Virus record (IMG/VR): IMGVR_UViG_3300020179_000046
Location: 1-52,539 of that record
Length of the DNA: 52,539 bases
Direction: 5' to 3' (one strand)
DNA from: a virus
Lineage: Duplodnaviria; Caudoviricetes
The notes beneath the pieces were generated by a model that was given only the letters and a program-made list of their open reading frames with translations, did no database searches and had not been told where the DNA came from. Shown here piece after piece: positions 38,218-46,718 of the stretch; position 1 is the first letter of the stretch; the number at the start of each line of letters is the position of its first letter. The translations under genes were made by a program, and so were the position numbers.

Positions 38218-39284
38218 TGTTAGGTAAACATTTTTATCACGAAATTATTCGTAAAACTATTGTTGGGTTTGGAACCCTCTTTAATAATATTGAATTAAGG
38301 CGCGTTGATGCCAATGGAAATATTGTTCAAACTATTAAAGTGCCTCTTTCCTATGGACCAAGAGAAAAGTTTCTTGCAAGAATTGAAGCAGAACCGCAAT
38401 TAGATGGAAGATCTGAGATTCAAATTCAATTGCCAAGAATTGCATTTGAAATGAAAGGAATTAATTATGATTCTACTAGAAAGTTAGCACCAATTAATAT
38501 TTGCAAAACTCCAAAGTCTGGTGATACCAAAGAAGTATATACTCAATATACTCCAGTGCCGTACAACCTAGATTTTGAACTTAATATTATTAGTAAAAAT
38601 AATGATGATTCTGTTCAAATTTTAGAACAAATTCTTCCATACTTTCAACCAATGTTTAATATTACTATTAATCTTATTGATCAAACAAAAGAAATTAAAG
38701 ACATACCAATTATATTACAAAATGTAAGTATTCAAGATGATTATGAAGGAGATTTTAGAAGAAGGAGATCTTTAATTCATACTTTAAATTTTGTAGCAAA
38801 AACTTATCTATATGGCCCAGTTGTATCTCAAGATGTGATTAAAACAGTTAATGTTGATATTGGTACGGCAATTAACACTGGTTCTAGATATGTAAGATAT
38901 AGTGCAACTCCAAAAGCACTAGAAGATTATACTAATGATGGTACTGACATTTCATTCACGGAAGTCAATGTAAATAGCAACACAATTACTTTGCCCAATC
39001 ATGGATTTATTACTGGTGATTTTGTAACGTATAGAGTTACCAATCAAACTGGATCCCCTATCGGTGGATTGGAATCTGGCAGTGAATACTATATTGTTAA
39101 AATTGATAATAATAATTTTAGAGTTGCAACAACGAAGTATAATTCTCAACGTGATATTAATATAAATTTAACTTCGCAGGGAACAGGTCCTCACAAATTC
39201 TCAGTAATTACTACTCTAGATGATCAATTTGTAGAACCAGATGATAATTTTGGTTTCAATGAATCTTGGACAACATTATTATGA
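38217..39284 (+). CDS. gp15: tail sheath stabiliser/terminator gp15
   Basis: FYHEIIRKTIVGFGTLFNNI, KVPLSYGPREKFL, LPRIAFE, PVPYN, QILEQILPYFQP. Confidence 0.93.
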   Translation: MLGKHFYHEIIRKTIVGFGTLFNNIELRRVDANGNIVQTIKVPLSYGPREKFLARIEAEPQLDGRSEIQIQLPRIAFEMKGINYDSTRKLAPINICKTPKSGDTKEVYTQYTPVPYNLDFELNIISKNNDDSVQILEQILPYFQPMFNITINLIDQTKEIKDIPIILQNVSIQDDYEGDFRRRRSLIHTLNFVAKTYLYGPVVSQDVIKTVNVDIGTAINTGSRYVRYSATPKALEDYTNDGTDISFTEVNVNSNTITLPNHGFITGDFVTYRVTNQTGSPIGGLESGSEYYIVKIDNNNFRVATTKYNSQRDININLTSQGTGPHKFSVITTLDDQFVEPDDNFGFNESWTTLL

Positions 39285-39697
39285 TAGATCCTTTTGAAAA
39301 TTTAAACAAAGAATTCAATGTCGAATGTGAAATTATGAAAGCTGAAGAGACTGTAAGAGAAATTAAATTAGTAAAAAGTGATAATCAGGTAAAAGATGAT
39401 CATGAGTATGCAAGAGGCAATCTTTATAACTTAATTGAAAAAGGACAGGAAGCAATCAATGATATTCTTGATGTTGCAAAACAAACAAATCATCCAAGAG
39501 CATATGAAGTAGCTGGCAATTTAATTAAAAATGTTGCCGATATTACTGACAAACTTTTAGAATCTCAAAAAAAACTTAAAGAAATTAATGAAGATAGTCA
39601 TACTAAAGGTCCAAACGTTGTCAATAACTCTTTGTTTGTTGGATCAACCTCAGATCTTCAAAAAATGATTAAACAAATAAATAGTCAAGAGAAATAA
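39281..39697 (+). CDS. gp16: terminase small subunit gp16
   Basis: DHEYARGNLYNLIEKGQEAI, HPRAYEVAGNLIK, NNSLFVGSTSDLQK; start 39281 by ATGA overlap. Confidence 0.92.
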   Translation: MIDPFENLNKEFNVECEIMKAEETVREIKLVKSDNQVKDDHEYARGNLYNLIEKGQEAINDILDVAKQTNHPRAYEVAGNLIKNVADITDKLLESQKKLKEINEDSHTKGPNVVNNSLFVGSTSDLQKMIKQINSQEK

Positions 39698-39721
39698 AAA
39701 AAATAAAAAGGTTATCAACTT

Positions 39722-41173
39722 ATGAAACAAAAGATTAACGAAGATGTAAATAAATCTTTTGAACAATTTATGGCAGAGGCTGCTGCTTGTACAAAAAAAT
39801 CTAGCAAAAACTTTAAAGGTGAACTAGTTGATGAACTCAAGGAAAAACTTGGACTGTGGGACCGTATCCATGCTAAAAGAAAGCGTGGAGAAAGTCCAGC
39901 CAAACCAGGTGAAAAGGATTATCCAAAAACTTTGAACGTTGAAGGACTTGATATGAAGACCTTCAAATCAAATCGTGCAAAGGCAGTAACTAAAGCTGCT
40001 ACGAAGGATGCTCGTGACAGAGGGCACGAAGGACACGAATGGCACAATACTGGAAGAACTTATAGTCCAGATGAAGCAAAGTCTCGTCGTGCAAATATGT
40101 CCGATGATGATAGAGCAGCAAGACACCGTGTTGCTGTAGATCCTGATGATGATCGTGATGAGAATACATACTCAGCAGATAAGACTAAGAATCCTAAGAA
40201 ACTTCGCAAACAAAAAGCGATGGGGGAAGAGTATGATGAAATGTTTGACATCTATGAAGCAGAAGGTTCATATGGAAAAACTCCAGAATCAACAAAAAGA
40301 TGGAATAAGGCAACACTCTCCAGAATGCACAAACCTGCAAGTGGGTATCCAAACAGAGGTGATAAGAAAAAGGAAGTTGCAAAGTATTCAAAGCACAATC
40401 AAAGAACTATGAGTCTTCAACACGATGCAAGTCGTGGTCCTGGTAAAAAATCTTCCAGAGGTGTTGGTGGAAGACAAGGACTCAAAATGACTCAACAGGA
40501 TAGAGATGATGCGAGAGGGCAAGCAGAATATGGACATACTGGATACGATCCAAGTTTTGATGGTCCACCAAGTTCCCCTGGTTCAAAACCAAAAGGTAAG
40601 AAACTTGAGAGGCAAAAGAAAACTGGTGTAAGTGCTGAAAGTTTTGATATTTACGACATCATTCTCTCACACTTACTTGATGAAGGCAAAGTGGAACTAA
40701 AGCAAAGAAACAAAAATGAAATGCAACGCAAGGCAGGCAACCTTGGTCGTGAAGTAGTTTCAACTCCCAATACCAAGAAAAATGCAGCAAAGAGAGGCGC
40801 TGCTATGGATAGAATGAAAAAACTTGTAAGTGTGATTGCTCGTGATGATGAGGAAAAGAGATTTAAAACAATTGGACAATCACCTCTACATAACTCTTAC
40901 GAAACAGAAGGTGATCAACTTGATGAAGTTGCAGCATGGCAACGTAGTGAAGGTAAGAATAAATCTGGTGGTCTTAACGAAAAAGGACGTAAATCTTATG
41001 AAAGAGACAATCCTGGAAGCGACCTTAAGGCACCTTCAAAGAAGGTTGGAAATCCCCGCAGGAAGAGCTTCTGTGCCAGAATGAGAGGCATGAAATCAAA
41101 ACTAACTTCTGCAAAAACTGCAAGAGATCCAGATTCAAGAATCAATAAATCACTTAGAGCTTGGAACTGCTAA
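39722..41173 (+). CDS. modular K/R-rich protein (483 aa), candidate capsid-targeted internal protein/polyprotein
   Basis: KSFEQFMAE near the N-terminus; basic blocks separated by acidic xxE linkers; C-terminal AAWQRSEGKNKSGGLN...RRKSFCARM...SLRAWNC domain; ATAAATA at 39677-39683 upstream. Confidence 0.8.
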   Translation: MKQKINEDVNKSFEQFMAEAAACTKKSSKNFKGELVDELKEKLGLWDRIHAKRKRGESPAKPGEKDYPKTLNVEGLDMKTFKSNRAKAVTKAATKDARDRGHEGHEWHNTGRTYSPDEAKSRRANMSDDDRAARHRVAVDPDDDRDENTYSADKTKNPKKLRKQKAMGEEYDEMFDIYEAEGSYGKTPESTKRWNKATLSRMHKPASGYPNRGDKKKEVAKYSKHNQRTMSLQHDASRGPGKKSSRGVGGRQGLKMTQQDRDDARGQAEYGHTGYDPSFDGPPSSPGSKPKGKKLERQKKTGVSAESFDIYDIILSHLLDEGKVELKQRNKNEMQRKAGNLGREVVSTPNTKKNAAKRGAAMDRMKKLVSVIARDDEEKRFKTIGQSPLHNSYETEGDQLDEVAAWQRSEGKNKSGGLNEKGRKSYERDNPGSDLKAPSKKVGNPRRKSFCARMRGMKSKLTSAKTARDPDSRINKSLRAWNC

Positions 41174-41430
41174 TGTCATACATCAGACGCAACACATCAA
41201 ATACTCAAGTAAATCCACAGCCAACATATTCCACAATCACTTTGTATTCAGGAAGTGAAGGGTGGTCTACACGTACATATAAAGTGTGGACTGGAAATTA
41301 TGTTGCAAGAAATTCTGACAACACAACCAGGACACCAGGAGTTTACCAGAAAAGAAATGTGAATAATCAATCAATATCTCCAGGAACCTATCAAAGATAT
41401 GATGTAAATAATACTGCAATAAATAATTGA
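41173..41430 (+). CDS. hypothetical N/T/Y-rich protein with short internal repeats (85 aa)
   Basis: TAATG overlap with the upstream stop; PGVYQKRNVNN / PGTYQRYDVNN. Confidence 0.7.
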   Translation: MSYIRRNTSNTQVNPQPTYSTITLYSGSEGWSTRTYKVWTGNYVARNSDNTTRTPGVYQKRNVNNQSISPGTYQRYDVNNTAINN

Positions 41431-41476
41431 TCAAAGTAATCTATATCATCTCACTGTTGTTTGTAGATAAACACAT

Positions 41477-41674
41477 ATGAACACAAAAATCTGTCCTAAA
41501 TGCGGGGCATGCTGGATTAATGATCAGCACCATTGGACTGGCACAAATAAAAAAGGAGATGAAACTGAATTAGCAAATCTAGTTTGTGATAAATTTAAAT
41601 ATGATACCTGTATTAATCCATCAAAAGGTACAACAAAAGGAACTGGGTGGGAGGATAGACTAAGTAAATTATAA
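41477..41674 (+). CDS. small Cys/His-rich hypothetical protein (65 aa)
   Basis: CPKCGACW..QHHW...LVC...CINP; ATAAATA at 41419-41425 upstream. Confidence 0.75.
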   Translation: MNTKICPKCGACWINDQHHWTGTNKKGDETELANLVCDKFKYDTCINPSKGTTKGTGWEDRLSKL

Positions 41675-41677
41675 ATA
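41670..41677 (+). promoter_or_regulatory. T4 late promoter TATAAATA
   Basis: Exact consensus overlapping the stop of 41477..41674. Confidence 0.75.
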
Positions 41678-41701
41678 ATTTGCTACCAATTTTTACGAAA
41701 A

Positions 41702-41818
41702 ATGGCAAAGTCCGCAAATAAGGGCAAAAAAGGATCAACTGGAGGTCAAAAAAACTCCAAGCAAAATCAAGGGAATGCTACGGCAAACAAGGCAAAGAAC
41801 GGGGGCAAGAAAAAATGA
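41702..41818 (+). CDS. small basic K/G/N-rich peptide (38 aa, MAKSANKGKKGSTGGQKNSKQNQGNATANKAKNGGKKK), not in the ORF track
   Basis: Downstream of a late promoter; its stop overlaps the next ATG (ATGA). Confidence 0.7.
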   Translation: MAKSANKGKKGSTGGQKNSKQNQGNATANKAKNGGKKK

Positions 41819-42027
41819 TTCCTCTAGTTTTAGCATCCGTTTTTACAGCTACTCCCATGGGACCAGGACAAGTTCCTCATTTCATGAGAACGTGTGACAG
41901 AATACGTATTCACGATGCTAAGACAGGAACTAATTGGATCTTATGTATCAACGGTGTTTATCAGTTTCCTAAAAACGGAAAACCCCAAGACAGAAGTTTG
42001 CCACAACATAAACAACAATTGATTTAA
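41815..42027 (+). CDS. hypothetical protein with hydrophobic N-terminus (70 aa)
   Basis: MIPLVLASVFTA start, two Cys, ATGA-coupled to the upstream ORF. Confidence 0.6.
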   Translation: MIPLVLASVFTATPMGPGQVPHFMRTCDRIRIHDAKTGTNWILCINGVYQFPKNGKPQDRSLPQHKQQLI

Positions 42028-42063
42028 TTTTACTTCAGTACTGAAAAAATTTAAGAAACACAA

Positions 42064-43740
42064 ATGAATGATAACACAGTATATCTTGGCAACCCCAATT
42101 TAAAAAAAGCTAATACTCAAATTGAATTTACCCAAGATCAAATAGAAGAATTTGTAAAGTGTACTAAGGATCCTGTTTACTTTGCAAAAAATTATATTAA
42201 AATTGTTTCTCTTGATGAAGGTTTAGTACCTTTTAACATGTATGATTTTCAAGAGGATATGGTACGTAGTTTTCATACCAATAGATTTAATATTGCAAAA
42301 CTACCAAGACAAACTGGCAAATCTACTACTGTAGTTTCATACCTGCTTCATTATATTATATTTAATCAAAATGTAAATATTGGTATTCTAGCAAATAAAG
42401 CATCCACTTCTAGAGAACTACTTTCTCGTTTACAACTTGCATACGAAAATCTACCTAAATGGATGCAACATGGCATTCTTTCTTGGAACAAGGGTAATGT
42501 AGAACTAGAAAATGGATCTAAAATTCTTGCAGCATCAACTTCTAGTTCTGCTGTACGAGGAATGTCATTCAATATTATTTTTTTAGATGAATTTGCATTC
42601 GTCCCAACTCATATTGCGGAACAATTCTTTTCATCTGTTTATCCTACTATTTCATCTGGTAAATCTACAAAAGTTATTATTATTTCAACCCCAAATGGGA
42701 TGAACATGTTCTACAAGCTCTGGCATGACGCTGAGAGGGGTAAGAACGAATATATAACCACAGAAGTACACTGGAGTCAAGTTCCAGGTAGAGACGCTGC
42801 CTGGAAGGCGCAGACAATTGCTAACACATCTAAACGACAGTTTGAACAAGAGTTTGAATGTAATTTTTTAGGATCTGTAGACACATTAGTTTCGGCAGCA
42901 AAGTTGAGGACTATGGTATATGAAGATCCTATTGAAAAAAGAAACGGTCTTGATATCTATGAACCGCCGCAAAAAGATCATGAGTATGTAATTACAGTAG
43001 ACGTTTCAAGAGGAACTAATAATGATTATTCTGCATTTATCGTTTATGATATTACAACTATTCCATATAAGATAGTCGGAAAATATAAAAATAATACGAT
43101 AAAACCTTTATTATTTCCAAATATTATTGATACTATTGCTCGTAATTATAACAAGGCATATGTACTAGTGGAGGTTAATGATATTGGTGGGCAGGTCGCA
43201 GATATTCTACAATTTGATTTGGAGTATGAAAATATTTTAATGTGTGCTATGCGAGGCAGAGCTGGTCAAATTGTTGGACAAGGATTTTCTCATAAATCAC
43301 AATTGGGTCTTAAAATGACCAGTACAGTTAAAAAGACTGGTTGTTCAAACCTGAAAGCATTGATTGAAGATGATAAATTAATCATTCCAGATTATGATAT
43401 TATTGCAGAACTTACAACGTTTATCCAAAAACATAATTCTTTTGAGGCAGAAGAAGGATGTAATGATGACCTTGCAATGTGTCTTGTTATATTTTCTTGG
43501 TTGGCAGTTCAACCGTATTTTAAAGAACTGACTTCAGATGATATTAGAAAAAGAATATTTGAAGATCAGAGAGAATCTATTGAAGAAGACATGGCTCCAT
43601 TTGGATTTATTTTAAATGGACTTACTGATGAAGAAACATTTATAGATAATAAAGGTGATATTTGGCAGAATGCATCTAAAGAAGATCAATTTAGATTAGA
43701 TGAATATGGAGATATGCAATATATGTGGGAATATAGGTAA
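42064..43740 (+). CDS. gp17: terminase large subunit gp17
   Basis: YLGNPNLKK, Walker A LPRQTGKST, Walker B IIFLDEFAF, nuclease motifs VDVSRG and NDDLAM. Confidence 0.97.
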   Translation: MNDNTVYLGNPNLKKANTQIEFTQDQIEEFVKCTKDPVYFAKNYIKIVSLDEGLVPFNMYDFQEDMVRSFHTNRFNIAKLPRQTGKSTTVVSYLLHYIIFNQNVNIGILANKASTSRELLSRLQLAYENLPKWMQHGILSWNKGNVELENGSKILAASTSSSAVRGMSFNIIFLDEFAFVPTHIAEQFFSSVYPTISSGKSTKVIIISTPNGMNMFYKLWHDAERGKNEYITTEVHWSQVPGRDAAWKAQTIANTSKRQFEQEFECNFLGSVDTLVSAAKLRTMVYEDPIEKRNGLDIYEPPQKDHEYVITVDVSRGTNNDYSAFIVYDITTIPYKIVGKYKNNTIKPLLFPNIIDTIARNYNKAYVLVEVNDIGGQVADILQFDLEYENILMCAMRGRAGQIVGQGFSHKSQLGLKMTSTVKKTGCSNLKALIEDDKLIIPDYDIIAELTTFIQKHNSFEAEEGCNDDLAMCLVIFSWLAVQPYFKELTSDDIRKRIFEDQRESIEEDMAPFGFILNGLTDEETFIDNKGDIWQNASKEDQFRLDEYGDMQYMWEYR

Positions 43741-43970
43741 TGGATATTTCAGATTATTTTTCTTTAGAACACTTAATTTTTTCCCGTAGAAAATGTAGAT
43801 CGTGTGGAAAAGAAAAAGATCTTATAGAAGATTTTTATCTTACCAGAAAAAATAGAGGGGCATTCCCATCAGCATATTCATATGAGTGTAAAAGCTGTAC
43901 AATTAAACGAATTTCTACAAGTAGAGTAAAGAGTAAAACTTTAACTATATGGGAATATCCAGACTGGTAG
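43740..43970 (+). CDS. small zinc-ribbon protein (76 aa)
   Basis: CRSCGKEK..FY..YECKSC; TAATG overlap with the gp17 stop. Confidence 0.75.
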   Translation: MDISDYFSLEHLIFSRRKCRSCGKEKDLIEDFYLTRKNRGAFPSAYSYECKSCTIKRISTSRVKSKTLTIWEYPDW

Positions 43971-43999
43971 TGTTCATGGGCAGTTTCCCCACTTAAAAA

Positions 44000-44016
44000 A
44001 TAAATATAAATAAATA
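44000..44016 (+). promoter_or_regulatory. overlapping late promoter cores upstream of gp18
   Basis: ATAAATATAAATAAATA contains exact TATAAATA at 44005-44012; GAGG precedes ATG 44050. Confidence 0.8.
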
Positions 44017-44049
44017 GTTTTGAGAAAAATCTCATAGAGGTAATAAAAA

Positions 44050-46683
44050 ATGGCTTTAGCTTCACCTGGAGTACTTATTAAAGAAGTTGATTTTACAGCA
44101 ACCGTTCAAGTTGCTGATCAAAATATTGGTGTTGTTGCTATTGATGCTGAGAAGGGTCCTACTGATACTCTCACATATATATCTAGTGAAAGAGAATTGG
44201 TTGATTTATTTGGTTTGCCAAACGACTATAATTATGAATCATGGTTTGCTGCAAGCACCATTATTCAATATGGAGGAGTGGCTGCTATAATTAGACCAAC
44301 TGGCGGTAACGTAAATCTTGGTTTAAATAACGCTAATATTCGTAAAAATGGTACTGTAAGAAACAATCTTCTTATTAAAAACAAAGAACATTTTCAATCA
44401 CTTGAAGATGGTCAAAAATCATTTTTATTCACATCAAGAACAGCAGGCGAAAAATTTAATAATGGAATAAAAGTTGTAGTAGTTGATCATGGTGCAGATC
44501 AAATCATAACTCTTTCTGGTGCAACTTCAAATTATTTACAAATTACTGTTGCTTCAGACTCATTCGCAATTAACGATTTTGTAAAAATTGAAAACGAATA
44601 TTTTAAAATTACATCGGCTGCAACAGCTGTTACACTCGGAAACAGCACTGTATATAGATATGCTGTTCAAAATGCTCAAATTGGATCAACTCAAGCAGTT
44701 CATGCAGTTGGGGCAACAGTACTCAAGTGGACTTTTGCTGAAAATGCTCTTGCAGCAAAATCTCTTGCTGAACCAAACGCTACTGACGAAATTGAGTTAA
44801 CTGAATTAACTATTACTCTTAACAATGTAACTGGTCTTGCAGCAAATGATCATCTAAGAATTAGAAGAGTTCCTACTGGTGGCACAACAGTTATAACCGA
44901 AGAATTCGTAAAAATTGTAAGTGTTGATGGTGACACTAATACAGTTCTTGTTACAAGGGGTCAACTAGGAACATCTGCAATTGCATTTGATGATGATCAA
45001 GCTGGAGATGAAACTGGAGCTCCAACGATTACAGTTAAGAAATTTGATTTTGCACAAGCCTCCCCTACAGTAACTACGACTCTCAGTGTTGCAATTCCAA
45101 CAGTAACTTTTTCTGGTGCTGTATCTGGACTTACGGTAGGTGATTTAATTAAAACCACTGTAGGTGGATCAGTTAGATATGGAAACATTTATAGAATTGA
45201 CGGTGCAAATTTCTATATAACTCTCTGGGATACTTCAAAGAGATTTGCTGCTGGACAAACTTTAGTTAATGATGCAAACGTTACTTTATCAACAGTTGCA
45301 AGTGTTGTTGAAGATGATGTATATGCAACTCTAGAGTATGCACCAAATAGAAGATGGTTATCTCTTGCTCCACAACCAGGAACATCAGTTGCTACTTTGT
45401 CTAAAGGAGGGCGTTTTGATGAATTCCATATTGCAATTCTTGATAGTACTGGAGCAATAAGTGGAACTCCACATACTGTCCTTGAAACTTTAACTTATGT
45501 CTCAAAGGCATCTGATGGTAGAAGTTCCGATGGAGACTCAACTTTCTTCAAAAAAGTAATTGAAAGTAATTCAACTAATATTTTTTGTGGTGACGATGAT
45601 TTAGTAACCAAACTTACTGAAACTGTTGCATTTAAATACGTTGACTCCGCCGGAGTTGTTCAAACTGGTGACGGAGATATTGGCGAAACAAGTCAAAATC
45701 AAGTATTTAGAATGTTCAAAAATTCTGATGGAACTCCTGTTTTTGGATTTGTGTTGAGTGGTGGTACAAATTATAATTATGCCACGGCGGCAAGTCAACT
45801 ATCAGTAACAAATGCTCTTTCAACGTCTTATGACCTTGTAAGAGATCCAGAAACTTTTGGTGATATTGATTTCTTAGTTCCAGGTAAAGTTACTGAACTT
45901 GGTGCAGTAAAATTAATTGATATTGCAGAATCAAGAAGAGATTGTATTGCTTGCATTTCACCAAGAAGAATAGATGTTATTAATACAGAGTCTACAACTG
46001 TAAAAACTGATGCAATTGTTGGATTTTTCAAAACTTTACCAAGTTCATCATTTGCAATTTTTGATTCTGGGTATAAGTACATATATGATAAGTATAATGA
46101 TAAATATCGTTATGTTCCTTGTGGTGCTGACGTTGCTGGACTTTGCATTTCTACTACAATTAATGCAGAAACTTGGTTCTCTCCAGCTGGTTATAACAGA
46201 GGAAATCTACGTAATGCACAAAAACTTACATATTCACCAAAACAAGCAGAGAGAGATCGTCTTTATGTGAATAGAATCAATCCAATAGTTTCTTTCCCAG
46301 GTCAGGGTATTGTTTTATTTGGTGACAAAACTGCTCTTGCTTCTCCTAGTGCATTTGATAGAATTAATGTTCGTAGATTGTTTATTGAACTAGAGAAAAA
46401 TATTGCAACTTTTTCAAAATTTCAACTATTTGAAATTAATGATGAAATTACCAGAAGTGGTTTTAAAGCAGCAGTTGAACCATACCTCAGAGGTGTTCAA
46501 GGTAGAAGAGGTATTTATGACTTCTTAGTTGTTTGCGATTCTTCAAATAATCCCCCTGATGTAATTGATCGTAATGAGTTTAAGGCTGAAATTTACATTA
46601 AACCAGCAAGAAGTATCAACTTCATTACAATCACCTTTGTCGCAACGAGAACAGGTGTTTCTTTCAATGAACTAATTAATTAA
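44050..46683 (+). CDS. gp18: tail sheath protein gp18 (with inserted domains)
   Basis: LASPGVLIKEVD, WFSPAGYNRG, LFGDKT...AFDRINVRRLF, IYIKPARSINFITITFVA. Confidence 0.97.
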   Translation: MALASPGVLIKEVDFTATVQVADQNIGVVAIDAEKGPTDTLTYISSERELVDLFGLPNDYNYESWFAASTIIQYGGVAAIIRPTGGNVNLGLNNANIRKNGTVRNNLLIKNKEHFQSLEDGQKSFLFTSRTAGEKFNNGIKVVVVDHGADQIITLSGATSNYLQITVASDSFAINDFVKIENEYFKITSAATAVTLGNSTVYRYAVQNAQIGSTQAVHAVGATVLKWTFAENALAAKSLAEPNATDEIELTELTITLNNVTGLAANDHLRIRRVPTGGTTVITEEFVKIVSVDGDTNTVLVTRGQLGTSAIAFDDDQAGDETGAPTITVKKFDFAQASPTVTTTLSVAIPTVTFSGAVSGLTVGDLIKTTVGGSVRYGNIYRIDGANFYITLWDTSKRFAAGQTLVNDANVTLSTVASVVEDDVYATLEYAPNRRWLSLAPQPGTSVATLSKGGRFDEFHIAILDSTGAISGTPHTVLETLTYVSKASDGRSSDGDSTFFKKVIESNSTNIFCGDDDLVTKLTETVAFKYVDSAGVVQTGDGDIGETSQNQVFRMFKNSDGTPVFGFVLSGGTNYNYATAASQLSVTNALSTSYDLVRDPETFGDIDFLVPGKVTELGAVKLIDIAESRRDCIACISPRRIDVINTESTTVKTDAIVGFFKTLPSSSFAIFDSGYKYIYDKYNDKYRYVPCGADVAGLCISTTINAETWFSPAGYNRGNLRNAQKLTYSPKQAERDRLYVNRINPIVSFPGQGIVLFGDKTALASPSAFDRINVRRLFIELEKNIATFSKFQLFEINDEITRSGFKAAVEPYLRGVQGRRGIYDFLVVCDSSNNPPDVIDRNEFKAEIYIKPARSINFITITFVATRTGVSFNELIN

Positions 46684-46718
46684 TTTATTTCGTTAACAAA
46701 ATCTAGGAGAAAACTAAA

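Noticed and set aside
43971-43995. GGG-CAGTTT-CCC as a terminator before gp18
   Set aside because: The stem is only about 3 bp and lacks a proper U tract.
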